A DNA stretch of 64,000 bases. Origin: a virus. Lineage: Duplodnaviria > Caudoviricetes. Position 1 is the first letter of the stretch; every line of letters starts with the position of its first letter. A program made the position numbers and the translations under genes. The notes under the pieces were generated by a model. It was not told the origin of the DNA, did no database searches, and was given only the letters and a program-made list of their open reading frames with translations. The DNA is taken from the IMG/VR virus record IMGVR_UViG_3300020037_009644, positions 32,001-96,000 of that record; one strand, 5' to 3'. Positions 35,569-45,926 of the stretch are shown in pieces.

Positions 35569-36016
35569 TGTTATTTTCATTTTGGTTGGAGAAGTGAAGA
35601 ATAAGATCTTCAAAGAACTCTTGTTGTCTTTTGATGTTGGAAACGATATTTTGAACCTGAGCAGATTCTGGGAGGATAAACATGAATTTGATATCGACGA
35701 TGAAGTTGTCAACGATGACCTGGACCGGAAGTTCGATATCTGGGTTGGGAGAATAAACCGGCTTTATTTCAAAGGAATTGAGAAGACGAATGACCTGTTC
35801 CCAATAAACATCAAGCTCTTGGGCATAGATGATGATCTCGAGATGAGATCCGGCGTGCCTTCGACTAAACCCCGAGCGAACAATGTCGCACCCGACGTGG
35901 GTCAAAGAATCTCCGAGAAGAGAAAGGATCTTCTCGAAGATTTTTGAATTGGTTCCGGCGTCGTCGGCATATTTTGGCAAAGATTGCTGAGATGTTAAGA
36001 TTGATTTGATCGCCAT
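35534..36016 (-). CDS. Hypothetical protein
   Basis: ATG with AAAGGA upstream. Confidence 0.55.
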   Translation of the reverse strand: MAIKSILTSQQSLPKYADDAGTNSKIFEKILSLLGDSLTHVGCDIVRSGFSRRHAGSHLEIIIYAQELDVYWEQVIRLLNSFEIKPVYSPNPDIELPVQVIVDNFIVDIKFMFILPESAQVQNIVSNIKRQQEFFEDLILHFSNQNENNNDQQICSTQKT

Positions 36017-36037
36017 ATCAAAATCCTTTCACGACAT

Positions 36038-36232
36038 TTATAGATCAGCCTTGGTTGGGCAGATAGAACACGTTTTAAACCAGATTTTGTTTTTAAAGGA
36101 CATAATCATTATGCCTTTGCAATTATCAACCTGACATGGAGAACCACGAAGCTCAAACAAGGGGCACTCTTCTATTTTTCCATCTGTCCGGAAGCACCCG
36201 TTAATGTCTCCAAAAAACATCGGATTATTCAT
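36038..36232 (-). CDS. Small Cys-rich protein
   Basis: Six cysteines in 64 aa. Confidence 0.5.
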   Translation of the reverse strand: MNNPMFFGDINGCFRTDGKIEECPLFELRGSPCQVDNCKGIMIMSFKNKIWFKTCSICPTKADL

Positions 36233-36235
36233 TGT

Positions 36236-36442
36236 TCAAACTCTGTCTGTATCAATTATTTTTTCTTCACCATTTTGGTGAATTACTTTGATATCTAAAT
36301 TAGATGGTTCTCGGGGACAGGTTTCAGCCGAGGTATCAATTTCTAGTCTAGAACCATCTACAAAATAGATCGTCAATGATTGATTGAACCCTTGTTTAAA
36401 AACGGCATCAGAGATTGATTTTCCTTGAATTATTTCAAGCAT
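36236..36442 (-). CDS. Small hypothetical protein
   Basis: Start moved to ATG 36442, just after the tubulin stop. Confidence 0.5.
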   Translation of the reverse strand: MLEIIQGKSISDAVFKQGFNQSLTIYFVDGSRLEIDTSAETCPREPSNLDIKVIHQNGEEKIIDTDRV

Positions 36443-36443
36443 C

Positions 36444-37763
36444 TTATTTTCTCTTGTCCACATTTCCAGCAAAAAACTTGCTAAACGAGGAGCTCTTCGA
36501 AGCAATTTGATCTTTGACCTTTTGAGCAGCCGAGATTGTCTCATCTCCGGTATTGATCGAAAGATTCACCTGGCGTCGTTCGGTCTTGGCTTTCATTTGC
36601 TCTTGTGCCTCCTTGACCTCCTTCTGGAGAGAAGTAACCCGAGATTCGGGCAGAGACAGCCCTGAGAAGACCGAATAGACCACGGCGCAGTCTTCGGTAC
36701 TGTCGGTCACATAAACCCCTTTAAAGAGGGTTACAGCCCCACACTTGTCCTGAATCATGGTTGAGGCATAGTTGGTCGCCGAAGAAGGAATCTTTTCGAG
36801 AACAGCCTTCGATCCGCAGACAATAAATCCAGCATATTTGCTCGATTCGAGATTGAATCCGGCGGCAAGGAGATTGCCATCAAGCTTATCGATGACGGCA
36901 GTGGCGAGAGCGACCTCGTCCTGATAATTTGCAACTTTCATTGAAGAGAAAACGCAGAATCCCTCTCCATCAAGCATGATTTTGGCGTAGTCGGTCGAGT
37001 CGAGAGCAATAGCGCTTGACTTTGAGGAAAGGACGTTGAGAAGATCAATCGGTTCGACGATGGCTTTGTTAGCAACCTCGTAGAAAGAAAGTTGTCCGAC
37101 ATCTTTGTAGATCGTCTCGATTCTAGCGTTGTCTGCACAAATGACCGATTGGACTTTCTTCTCTTGAACCAGCTTGCTGAGCTTGGCAAGAGTCGTGATC
37201 GAATTACTTTTGGTTCCGGCGTCTTCGGAATCCATAGGAAGAACAGCGATGACGATAACCGGAAGTCCAATTTTTCCAAGGACCTCGATGACCGGAGCCA
37301 GCGACCCGGCACCCGAGCCACCTCCAAGTGAAAGACAGTAGACCAGTGCTTGGGCTGTGTCAAGTTTGGTCGCAACCATTTCGTAAAGATGGTCCATGTA
37401 AGCTGTTGCAGCTCCTTCGCCAATCTCCAACGATTTACCAGCTCCGTTGAGACCATATTCGGTATGAAGCTTGTTGGTCTCGGGAATCTTGATCCCCTCG
37501 AGATCCTGAATCGCAGTATTCATCACGACGGTTTGATAGCCGAGGTTGTAGAAAACCTCCGCAAGCTTCGAACCAGCGGCGCCGGCTCCCAGGACTCCCC
37601 AGCGAATTGATTTTCGGGGCGGCATCATGATTTTAGCTGGCATATCTTCGGCTTTTGACTCTTCGGATGATTCTTGATTTTGTTTCTCCTTCATTCTTTG
37701 CTTGAGGAGGGTTAATTTATCGAGGTTAAGATCGTCTTGAACAACTGTAATAATTTCGGGCAT
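36444..37763 (-). CDS. Tubulin/FtsZ-family GTPase (phage TubZ/PhuZ-like)
   Basis: GAGAAGSKL, MNT..D, GAGK...G, tubulin signature SLGGGSGAG, LP...E, DN, N..I, D..D; start moved to ATG 37763. Confidence 0.85.
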   Translation of the reverse strand: MPEIITVVQDDLNLDKLTLLKQRMKEKQNQESSEESKAEDMPAKIMMPPRKSIRWGVLGAGAAGSKLAEVFYNLGYQTVVMNTAIQDLEGIKIPETNKLHTEYGLNGAGKSLEIGEGAATAYMDHLYEMVATKLDTAQALVYCLSLGGGSGAGSLAPVIEVLGKIGLPVIVIAVLPMDSEDAGTKSNSITTLAKLSKLVQEKKVQSVICADNARIETIYKDVGQLSFYEVANKAIVEPIDLLNVLSSKSSAIALDSTDYAKIMLDGEGFCVFSSMKVANYQDEVALATAVIDKLDGNLLAAGFNLESSKYAGFIVCGSKAVLEKIPSSATNYASTMIQDKCGAVTLFKGVYVTDSTEDCAVVYSVFSGLSLPESRVTSLQKEVKEAQEQMKAKTERRQVNLSINTGDETISAAQKVKDQIASKSSSFSKFFAGNVDKRK

Positions 37764-37791
37764 GTTATTTTCTTTTTCTTCTTCTTTGCTA

Positions 37792-38604
37792 TTATTCTTG
37801 TTTTTCTTTAATCCAAACAGCTCTTCGATCCCAAAATACCTTGGGAACCAACGCAGATAGCTCGTGAATTTTTTGATGTTGAACCATTTGCTCACGATTA
37901 AAAATGCCTCGAGCTTGATTGAATCTCTCGAGCTTGCTATAGCACATCCAATGTAAATGGAAGTGAACTGGTTCGTTAAGAAAGAGGTTTTTGGGATGAT
38001 GGTAGAGATGAGAAATTTTCCCATCCACCTTACGGTGGACAGGAATGCAATGATAGCTTACCTTACCCTGAAATGCTGGATTATGCGCAAAATGAAAGCC
38101 TTTTTTAGCTTTCCAGATACGGGCGTGGGGGTCATGCATCTTGATGATAGAGTTGGTTTTTTTGGAAAAACGATTCTCGATTGGATGCTCAATGAGGGGG
38201 CAAACCGGGTTGATCGTCGAGAGAGAAATTATGTCGCAACTCCCTCGATTCTCCTCGATGAGGGATTTGGTTCTTTTGAGAAAGATTTCATCAGCGTCGA
38301 GTTGGACGAGCCAATCTCCCTCCGAACATAAAGATTCTGCTCGAGCGAGAGCATGATTTCTTACCTCGACCTCGGGGAATGGGGCGGTCATTTGCTCCCA
38401 TGGTTGGCTATGATCTGGCGAAAATGAAAGATGGTATTTTTCGAGAACGACTTTGTCCCTTGGAAGAGATTCAAGATACTCTAGAGTTCCATCGGTTGAA
38501 CCGTTATCCAAGAAATACATTACGTCAACCCATGGAGAGTGGAACTCGTAGAGATCTTTGATGAACTCGATTTCGTTGTTGATGATGGTCCAAGAGATAA
38601 TCAT
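37792..38604 (-). CDS. Glycosyltransferase family 2
   Basis: NE...I, DNGSTDGT, RN.AL, LDADE. Confidence 0.85.
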   Translation of the reverse strand: MIISWTIINNEIEFIKDLYEFHSPWVDVMYFLDNGSTDGTLEYLESLPRDKVVLEKYHLSFSPDHSQPWEQMTAPFPEVEVRNHALARAESLCSEGDWLVQLDADEIFLKRTKSLIEENRGSCDIISLSTINPVCPLIEHPIENRFSKKTNSIIKMHDPHARIWKAKKGFHFAHNPAFQGKVSYHCIPVHRKVDGKISHLYHHPKNLFLNEPVHFHLHWMCYSKLERFNQARGIFNREQMVQHQKIHELSALVPKVFWDRRAVWIKEKQE

Positions 38605-39668
38605 AGAATCTTAAGGTATTGATCTTTCAGAGAACTCCAAAGAAATTGTTTTGAAAACTCTCGATTGGACTGAGCTTTATCGAGAAGAGGTTGGTAGTTT
38701 TCATAGACGTCGGTCATGGCATCGGCAAGATCAGAGACGGTACAGTCAAAGTAATTACCAATTTGTTGGTTTTGAAAGACTTCGTAGATAGCAGGGACCG
38801 GATTGTTTGATTTAAGCGAGGTTACCAAGCCTGTATCGCAAATTGTTTTGTGAGCCGTGTTGTTAGAAACAATGGCGGGCGTGCCGAGAGCAATAGCTTC
38901 TCGGGCAGGAATTCCATAGCCCTCTCCTTGAGATGGAATGACAACGCAATCCAAAGACCGCATGAAGCCGAGATAATCTTTGTCAGACATCGGAGAGTAA
39001 GACAGAGAAATATTATCAGCTTTAGAGTGGGTAACTGCTTTTTGAATCTGCTCGAAATATGGACCAAAGCGAGAGTGCAACTTAAGCTGAATTCGGGGAA
39101 CGTTCTTGAACCGAAGTGCAAAAGCTTCGATCAGCTTAATCATATTCTTTCTTTGCCAAGCTCCGGCAGAAAGACCAAAGGTAAAAACCGAGTTGGCTTC
39201 TTTCTTTGCAGGAGATGTCAGAAATGGTTCGAGGAAACATCCAAGAGGGATAACATGAATGGGCTTTGTTACTCCAGCTTTTTGATAAACTGGAACGAGC
39301 CACGCATCGGGAACGATTACTTCGTCGTAGTATTCGTTGAGAATATTGACCCAAAATTTGGGAATATCATCGGACTCAAACATCGAAAGAGCAATGGTTT
39401 TTTCGTGAGCCTTGCGAACCTTTTGATGGGTTGGAATCATTCCCTCATTCAGACCGAGGATGTAGGTCCAGATGCCCACTTTGCCGTAGGCAGTAAAAGG
39501 CTTAACCAAATCTTTCATGACCCTAGCTGGAATATCCCGATAGTTAGCAGTTCCAATCAACGATAGATTCACGTCGCGATCGTTTTGAACCGCCGAGATG
39601 ATTCCGATTCCGTGCCGCCCGATTGAGTCATAGGGAAGAATGTTACTCCAAACAGTTAGATCGACCAT
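38601..39668 (-). CDS. Glycosyltransferase (GT-B, family 4-like)
   Basis: FE...P..W, RKN...LI.AF, PS.GEG.G.P..EA.A.G.P. Confidence 0.85.
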   Translation of the reverse strand: MVDLTVWSNILPYDSIGRHGIGIISAVQNDRDVNLSLIGTANYRDIPARVMKDLVKPFTAYGKVGIWTYILGLNEGMIPTHQKVRKAHEKTIALSMFESDDIPKFWVNILNEYYDEVIVPDAWLVPVYQKAGVTKPIHVIPLGCFLEPFLTSPAKKEANSVFTFGLSAGAWQRKNMIKLIEAFALRFKNVPRIQLKLHSRFGPYFEQIQKAVTHSKADNISLSYSPMSDKDYLGFMRSLDCVVIPSQGEGYGIPAREAIALGTPAIVSNNTAHKTICDTGLVTSLKSNNPVPAIYEVFQNQQIGNYFDCTVSDLADAMTDVYENYQPLLDKAQSNREFSKQFLWSSLKDQYLKIL

Positions 39669-40225
39669 GATTGATTATCTCCCAATTTTTCTTGAAGCTT
39701 TTCCCAATAAACGGCTTTCTTGATTCCACGAAGTTGATGAACAGCCGGTTCCTCAAATTGAGCGTTGTCATGGAGAAAGTCGAGAGACACGATGGCTCTA
39801 ATATAGGCAAGCTTAGAGTCCAGGTCAAGACTTACGAAAGCAACGTGTTGGTTGGGAGATGTCCGATCGAAAATTTCTTTGTCGTAAGAAAAGCCCTGGG
39901 ATTGAAAAATCCAAGAGGTGCCGAATTTTTTGCCTATCTTGACGTCTTGGGTTTTAATGTGCAAATTGAAAGAAGCGTCTTTGAGATCGAAGTCCCAGCT
40001 TTTTTCTTTCGGTTTGTAAATTTTGAAATCGGGCTGAGTAATCTTTGGAAATTTCGGAAGAAGAGTTTGATAAACCGCAATCTCACCCAATTTGCCAATC
40101 AAAGAATCGCGCGTTCGTTTGTCTTTGTTATGTTGATTCCGGGTCGAATAAAAGGAAGTATCGACGTCGGTACTGAATTTGATGCAGCTGGCTATTTCTT
40201 CGTCGGAAAATTGATATTGGGTCAT
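39656..40225 (-). CDS. Hypothetical protein, PD-(D/E)XK nuclease-like
   Basis: GKLGE, PDF, D.DL, H.KTQ. Confidence 0.5.
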   Translation of the reverse strand: MTQYQFSDEEIASCIKFSTDVDTSFYSTRNQHNKDKRTRDSLIGKLGEIAVYQTLLPKFPKITQPDFKIYKPKEKSWDFDLKDASFNLHIKTQDVKIGKKFGTSWIFQSQGFSYDKEIFDRTSPNQHVAFVSLDLDSKLAYIRAIVSLDFLHDNAQFEEPAVHQLRGIKKAVYWEKLQEKLGDNQSWSI

Positions 40226-40261
40226 GTCCTGCCTTTGATGGTGTCGAAGCAGGAGGAATTA

Positions 40262-41176
40262 TCAATCAGATGATGATAAGTTCAAAAACCATCTGTTGTT
40301 AGAATACCATTTGACGACTTGCTCAAGTCCGGCGATGTTGCTGGATTTTGCCTGCCATCCCTGCGAAATAAGTTCAGAAGAATCCAAGGAAACCTCTTGG
40401 CTAAACGGGATCTCTTTTGAAGTGGTGGGCGACTTGACGCCCGATTTATTGAGAAGCGAGGCGATTAAATTAATCAAAGCCCCGTCCGTTAAATTAAACG
40501 GAGCGCTGACATTAAAAATTCGACGATCCATTTCGGTCGAAGAAATAGATAAAAGAATACCATCAATCAAGTCATCCATTGAAATAAGATTATGATTTAT
40601 TCCAGCATCTGGAAAATCGAATTGATCAATAATCGAAGCAATCGCATAAGGAAGAAGTGAGTGAGCGTCTTGCCGAATTCCAAATACAGAGGTGGGTCTA
40701 AGAATTGTATATTTGAGTCTGCTAATTTGAAGAAGATTTTCGCAAGCAATCTTAGAAATAGAACAAACATTGTCGGCTGAGCAGGCGTCGTCTTCTTTGG
40801 CTCCAGACGGTGAACTGTAAACCTGATCGGTGCTTAGGTAAACAATCTTATCAATCCCTCGAGAAAGACAGCACTGAATGACGTTATGCATTCCCTGAAT
40901 TTCGTCGATGGGATTTTTACATTGGAGCAGATTGATTACCGCATCAGGTTTTTCGAGATTAAAGATTTTTTCGAGAATCTTAATATCAAGGGCTGTTGCT
41001 AGATGAAAAGAATAGTTCTTGTTAACATAAAGGTTTTTTTCGGAATTATCCGAAGAAAGATCATCAACCCCAACAAGCTGGTAAGGAAGCTTGTCGAAGA
41101 TGATCTTTCTAATTATGTTAGATCCAACGGCTCCGGCAGAGCCGATGATGAGTATTTTAGTCGGTCGACTGATCAT
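40262..41176 (-). CDS. NAD-dependent epimerase/dehydratase family protein (divergent)
   Basis: IIGSAGAVGS, STDQVY, SK...E (YxxxK Tyr replaced by Cys), LRP..VFG. Confidence 0.75.
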   Translation of the reverse strand: MISRPTKILIIGSAGAVGSNIIRKIIFDKLPYQLVGVDDLSSDNSEKNLYVNKNYSFHLATALDIKILEKIFNLEKPDAVINLLQCKNPIDEIQGMHNVIQCCLSRGIDKIVYLSTDQVYSSPSGAKEDDACSADNVCSISKIACENLLQISRLKYTILRPTSVFGIRQDAHSLLPYAIASIIDQFDFPDAGINHNLISMDDLIDGILLSISSTEMDRRIFNVSAPFNLTDGALINLIASLLNKSGVKSPTTSKEIPFSQEVSLDSSELISQGWQAKSSNIAGLEQVVKWYSNNRWFLNLSSSD

Positions 41177-42635
41177 GGTTTTTGATAATTCCCAAATCAC
41201 TACATGTTTTTAGTAAACTATACTTTTCATGGTTTTTGATAACTCCCAACTCAGCCAAATCATTAAATATTTTTAGTAAACTATCCTGAGATGGTTCACC
41301 GTTACCTAATAACTCTCCATCGTCAAAATGAAAATTGTCAATTTCATTTTTATATTCTCCCTCTGTTAAAGAAGAGAGTTTTTCCAATTTTGAATTTACA
41401 TCTTTTGGTTCTTGAAGATACTTTGTAAATCTAAATGGTCCAGAACCTTTCGGGGTCTTTCCGTTAATCGAGTCGAGCGCCTTCTGAGCCTTTTCTTTTT
41501 GGGCAATATGAATTGTTGGGTCGATAAGAGAAACAGGAGCAAGAGCTAATGTTATATCGTCAAATTGTTTGAATAGTTCTACAACTTTCTTCTCTTCAAC
41601 CAGCCCGAGCTCTGTGGCGATTTCGATGAAAGATTTTGTTTCAGAAGGATCTGACAGTCGGAACAAAAGAGTTTCTTTAAGTTGTTTCGCTTTTTTAACA
41701 AGAAGGGCTGCGGCGAAATGATCGCCGCCCAATTTAACCGTCAAAGTTCCAGATTCAACAGCTTTGATATATTCAAAATTGATCTCTTGATATTTGACCT
41801 CGGCAGAAATTAGATCGTCGACGATTTTTTGTTCATTGGCAGATAAATAAAGAGGTTGCGTTGCCAAATGAGATATATTTTTATTTTTCTGGCTTCTCAT
41901 ATTTAATTCATGACGAACGACATTGAGAAAATCTTTTTTGTCTTTCTGAAACTTATCATCTTCAATTTTATCTCGAAGAACTATTTCTTCTTGATTCATC
42001 TTTAAAGAAATAAGGCAAAGATCATCGAAGGCAGAGTTAAGGTTGCATCCATTCCAATTTGTTGCAGAGCAATCTTTCATTACAAATATTTCGAACATCT
42101 TGTTCAGAAGAAAATCCCTTTCTTCTGGGGTGTGACATTTTTCTTCATCCAAAATTTGGAGAAAGACGTTGGGAAGATTTTTCCAATTAGCTTTAAAGAT
42201 CTCTAAATCTGGAGAAGAAACATTGAATTTTGAACTAGCCAAAAGAAGCTCAACAATTGATTTTGATATCGTGGTAAATTTTGATCTATGAAGAAGATTA
42301 TGGCAAATTGATGTTAGATAGGCATATTTTTTTTCATCATTGTCAATTTTAAGATGATTGCGAATAACCTCAGCACAAACAAGATGATTTAGTGAATGAG
42401 AAACTCCAACATTGTTTGTTTTACAGAATTCGATTAGATCTCTAAATAATCCAGCTTGTTTTTGGCTAAAATTAGAAAGAGTATTTTTCGCATCGCTGCG
42501 GCAAAGAAAACCATAATTTGAATATGATTCAACCATTTGATCAATTGTTGGATGGTCAGAGTCACAAAGAAGAATGCTTTGTAAGCTTCTTTCAAAATTT
42601 TGTTCAATTGACGGTGGTGTAAGAGTAAATGTCAT
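41157..42635 (-). CDS. Hypothetical helical protein
   Basis: 492-aa ORF; no recognised motif. Confidence 0.6.
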   Translation of the reverse strand: MTFTLTPPSIEQNFERSLQSILLCDSDHPTIDQMVESYSNYGFLCRSDAKNTLSNFSQKQAGLFRDLIEFCKTNNVGVSHSLNHLVCAEVIRNHLKIDNDEKKYAYLTSICHNLLHRSKFTTISKSIVELLLASSKFNVSSPDLEIFKANWKNLPNVFLQILDEEKCHTPEERDFLLNKMFEIFVMKDCSATNWNGCNLNSAFDDLCLISLKMNQEEIVLRDKIEDDKFQKDKKDFLNVVRHELNMRSQKNKNISHLATQPLYLSANEQKIVDDLISAEVKYQEINFEYIKAVESGTLTVKLGGDHFAAALLVKKAKQLKETLLFRLSDPSETKSFIEIATELGLVEEKKVVELFKQFDDITLALAPVSLIDPTIHIAQKEKAQKALDSINGKTPKGSGPFRFTKYLQEPKDVNSKLEKLSSLTEGEYKNEIDNFHFDDGELLGNGEPSQDSLLKIFNDLAELGVIKNHEKYSLLKTCSDLGIIKNHDQSTD

Positions 42636-43624
42636 AGATTTTGTAATTCTTGGTTTGCTAGAAATAAATCATGCTCGATCATATCGCAAATCATTTGATC
42701 GAACGAAATTGTTGGTTGCCACCCAAGCTCTTTTCTAATCTTCGAGGAGTCGCCCTCGAGATGAAGGACTTCGGATGGACGAAAAAGTGAAGGGTCGACC
42801 TCGACGTACTCTTCCCAATTGAGATTGAGTTTGTCGAAGACGTATTCTATGAGATCTTGGACAGAGCGAGACTCTCCGGAAGACATCACCCAGTCGTCGG
42901 GTTTATCGGCGGAAATAATTTGAATTAGTCCACAACAGACGTTCCTCGCATCGAGCCAATCTCGTTTGGTGCTTGTGTCCCCGACCAAAAGCTTATTTTG
43001 CAGCCCCAATTTTATTCTTGCAGCTGCGTGAGTCACCTTTCTTGGAAGAAAATCTAAGGACCTTCGGCTGCTCTCGTGGTTGTAAGAGATGGCATTACAA
43101 GCAAAGATTTTATGAGCCTCTCGATAGTTGATTACCGAATGATAAGCAGCAAGCTTCGAGATTGCGTAAGGAGATTTTGGAACCATGTTGGTTAATTCGT
43201 TTTGTGGAGCTGTTCCAATCTCTCCGCCAAAAAGCTCGGAGGTCGATGCTTGCAGAAATCTTGTTTCTGGAGAAAACTGGCGAATAGCTTCGAGACAGTT
43301 CAAAGTTCCGGTGGCGTTGACAGCGAATGAGTGCAATGGATGAGAGAAGCTATACCCGACGTGAGATTGGGCGGCGAGATTGAAGAAGAAATCTGGCTTC
43401 GTTTGACTAACAAGATAGGCTAAAGAAGCCAAATCCGTCAGGTCTCCTTCCCAAATTGAGAAATTAGGATTATCAATGCAGTTTTTGAGGTTGCTAAGAT
43501 TAGGCGTACTAGAGCGTCTGGTTAAGCCGATAACCTTATGATCTTCACAAGAAATCGAAAGCAATTTCTCGACAAGCCAAGAGCCGGTTTGTCCTGTTGC
43601 TCCTGTAACAATGGATGTTTTCAC
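42632..43624 (-). CDS. gmd: GDP-mannose 4,6-dehydratase
   Basis: TGATGQTGS, NLAAQSHV..SF, QASTSELFG, P.SPYA.SK, NHES..R...F..RK, RDW. Confidence 0.92.
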   Translation of the reverse strand: MKTSIVTGATGQTGSWLVEKLLSISCEDHKVIGLTRRSSTPNLSNLKNCIDNPNFSIWEGDLTDLASLAYLVSQTKPDFFFNLAAQSHVGYSFSHPLHSFAVNATGTLNCLEAIRQFSPETRFLQASTSELFGGEIGTAPQNELTNMVPKSPYAISKLAAYHSVINYREAHKIFACNAISYNHESSRRSLDFLPRKVTHAAARIKLGLQNKLLVGDTSTKRDWLDARNVCCGLIQIISADKPDDWVMSSGESRSVQDLIEYVFDKLNLNWEEYVEVDPSLFRPSEVLHLEGDSSKIRKELGWQPTISFDQMICDMIEHDLFLANQELQNL

Positions 43625-44754
43625 GATTCGAATCTCCGAATTTTAACTCGATACATATTCAAGACTTTCAAAATATGATCTTGCTCCTCCGAACTCAATT
43701 GAGGAAAGCTGGGCAGAACAATAACATTATCACTTAATTTTTTGGAAATGGTTTCTTCTCCAAGAAAAATGTTGGGATTGTTATGTAAAAATTTGTGCGA
43801 GCTCAGAGGGTAGAACATTGGGCGAATTTCTATTCCGTGCTCTTTGAAATATTCATTAGCTTTTTCAAAGGTATGGTCTTCGTCGTCAAATCTAACTCCA
43901 AACATCCAGTTGGGATTTTGACAATCATCACTCAATTTTTGAGCATGAACATCAGACATTTGAGAAATAGATTCTCGATATCGAGCGAAGACAGTTTTCT
44001 TTTTTTCAAGAATCGTCGGAGCCTCCTCTAGCTGCTTGAGAAGAATTCCCGCGGCAACATTGGTCATTCGGTAGTTGTACCCGAGTTCCGAATGAATGAA
44101 ACGAGTTTTGGATTGTCCGCAATTGTGAATGCGATAGAGAGTCTCGATAAGAGCGTCGTCGTTGGTTAAGAAGGCTCCACCCTCGCCGCAGGTAACGTTT
44201 TTGTTTCCATAAAACGAGATTGCCGAATTGAGACTTGTCGTTCCGGTGAACTGATCTCCGTATTTCCCAAAAAGACCTTCGCAGTTGTCCTCGACGAATA
44301 CGACGTTGGGGTATTTGACCTGCAATGCGGGGACGTTAATTACGTTGCCGACGTTGTGAACGATGAGGCAAGCAATTTGATTTTTCCCATATGATTTAAT
44401 CAAATCATCTAGCTTAGAGAGATCGTAATTCCATGTTTCAAGATCTGCATCACAGGTTACCAATTGGAATTTTTTATCGTAGAGATAGCCGTTAATGGCG
44501 CTTACGAAAACATTGTTGGGAACAATTAGCTGAGTTATCTCCGGATAGGCAAGGTACAGATGGATAGCGCTAAGATGAACGGCGCAGGTTCCGTTAGACG
44601 TTAACAAAACGTGTTTAACACCAAGCATCTCCTTGAGCTTATCAGAGGCGAGGGATAGAAATTTTCCTTGCGAAGAAATCCATGTTGAATAGCACGCTTC
44701 GTCGGAATATTGGAATGAATTTTCGGATAGATAAGGTCGATAGACTGGGATCAT
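43621..44754 (-). CDS. DegT/DnrJ/EryC1/StrS aminotransferase (perosamine synthetase-like)
   Basis: WISSQG, SNGT.A.H, ED.CE..G, SFYGNK..T.GEGG, GYNYRMTN, RP.FYP. Confidence 0.88.
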   Translation of the reverse strand: MIPVYRPYLSENSFQYSDEACYSTWISSQGKFLSLASDKLKEMLGVKHVLLTSNGTCAVHLSAIHLYLAYPEITQLIVPNNVFVSAINGYLYDKKFQLVTCDADLETWNYDLSKLDDLIKSYGKNQIACLIVHNVGNVINVPALQVKYPNVVFVEDNCEGLFGKYGDQFTGTTSLNSAISFYGNKNVTCGEGGAFLTNDDALIETLYRIHNCGQSKTRFIHSELGYNYRMTNVAAGILLKQLEEAPTILEKKKTVFARYRESISQMSDVHAQKLSDDCQNPNWMFGVRFDDEDHTFEKANEYFKEHGIEIRPMFYPLSSHKFLHNNPNIFLGEETISKKLSDNVIVLPSFPQLSSEEQDHILKVLNMYRVKIRRFES

Positions 44755-44782
44755 TTATTTCTTGAATCTTTCAGGACAATGC

Positions 44783-45613
44783 CTAAATACGCCTCAATTC
44801 TTCCAAAAAGACATCTTTTCTTTTGGTTATCTTAAGGTCAGAATAGACCGGAGACCTGTCGGAATAAAGAATATCACCAACATGATCTTCGTCGTTGCGA
44901 TAGCCGAGAGAATTTCCAACAGCGACGGCGAGACAAAAATTACCACCAATTCCAACCATAATGTTTTTCTTAGACCCGGCAAGATAGGCACAATCTTTCC
45001 TGATATTTGCGATGTTTGGTGTTGTTATTCCTAGCTTGGGTATAGTTTTATCTATTATTTTGTCAGCAGGGATGTTTTGGCACAGCTCTTGGTAAATACT
45101 ATAGATATTATCCGTTCCGTAATAAGCATACTCTGGATTGTATTCTATTTCTTTTTCTCCCAGAAACATTATTTTGAGAGGTTTGGAATTTAAAATAGAA
45201 AAAACTTCTTCTTTAATCTCATCCCAAAATTTTCGATGAAAAGACCTAATCTTGGTTGATATGGTTAAGTAAATTTCTTTTGGCAATTCCGTATCGATGT
45301 CGCACAATTCTTTTCGCATCAACGGTCTAATTGGGACGAAGCACTCTTGAGAACAGAGCAGAGATGGATTTCTAAAAGGTTGATTATCATAGGCAACCAA
45401 TTTGTATTTCGGATTTCCGTCAAAAATCAAATGATAAAATTCGGTAATAAAATCAATATATGAAGTATTTCCGCTTCTATAATTGGTAAAAAATGGTTCA
45501 TAAAAAGCCAACTCAATGACGTCGTATTTAAAGGCAACAAAATCAAGTTGAGATTTGACGTGGATCAAATCTCCCAATCCAATTGGTATTGAGATGGCTA
45601 ATTTATTCATCAA
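44783..45613 (-). CDS. Hypothetical protein, possible GT9-like glycosyltransferase
   Basis: N-terminal GLGDL and C-terminal GG...LA.A.G in a sugar cluster. Confidence 0.45.
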   Translation of the reverse strand: MMNKLAISIPIGLGDLIHVKSQLDFVAFKYDVIELAFYEPFFTNYRSGNTSYIDFITEFYHLIFDGNPKYKLVAYDNQPFRNPSLLCSQECFVPIRPLMRKELCDIDTELPKEIYLTISTKIRSFHRKFWDEIKEEVFSILNSKPLKIMFLGEKEIEYNPEYAYYGTDNIYSIYQELCQNIPADKIIDKTIPKLGITTPNIANIRKDCAYLAGSKKNIMVGIGGNFCLAVAVGNSLGYRNDEDHVGDILYSDRSPVYSDLKITKRKDVFLEELRRI

Positions 45614-45912
45614 TAGTTCTTGTGTTGAAGCTGAATATTTTTTCCGTCATCGAGGTTCTTTCCATCTAGAGCTGATTGGATCAGTTTGACGATAAGAGTA
45701 TCAACCTCGGCAACCAGATGACTTCTTTGAACGTTAAGATCAGTTGCAGCTTTAAAAACCTCGTAAAGCTTCTCCATACCCTCTCGGGTAGAGAACTCAG
45801 AGAGAAACTCTTCAAAGGTCATACGACGCACAGCATAAAGTTGATCTTGTCTTGTCCAGAGCTTCATGTCAACGGTGATTAATTTATCAATTGCAGATCC
45901 AATGGTATCCAT
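45610..45912 (-). CDS. Small helical protein (DUF4254-like)
   Basis: T.GS.IDKL....KLW..QD...N.QR..L..E.D. Confidence 0.5.
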   Translation of the reverse strand: MDTIGSAIDKLITVDMKLWTRQDQLYAVRRMTFEEFLSEFSTREGMEKLYEVFKAATDLNVQRSHLVAEVDTLIVKLIQSALDGKNLDDGKNIQLQHKNY

Positions 45913-45926
45913 ATTTTCCTTTTTCT

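Noticed and set aside
37764-38024. N-terminal extension of the tubulin ORF
   Set aside because: Overlaps the GT2 gene by more than 200 nt in another frame
38850-40273. Long plus-strand ORFs (238 and 200 aa) and similar antisense ORFs elsewhere
   Set aside because: Shadow frames of well-supported minus-strand genes
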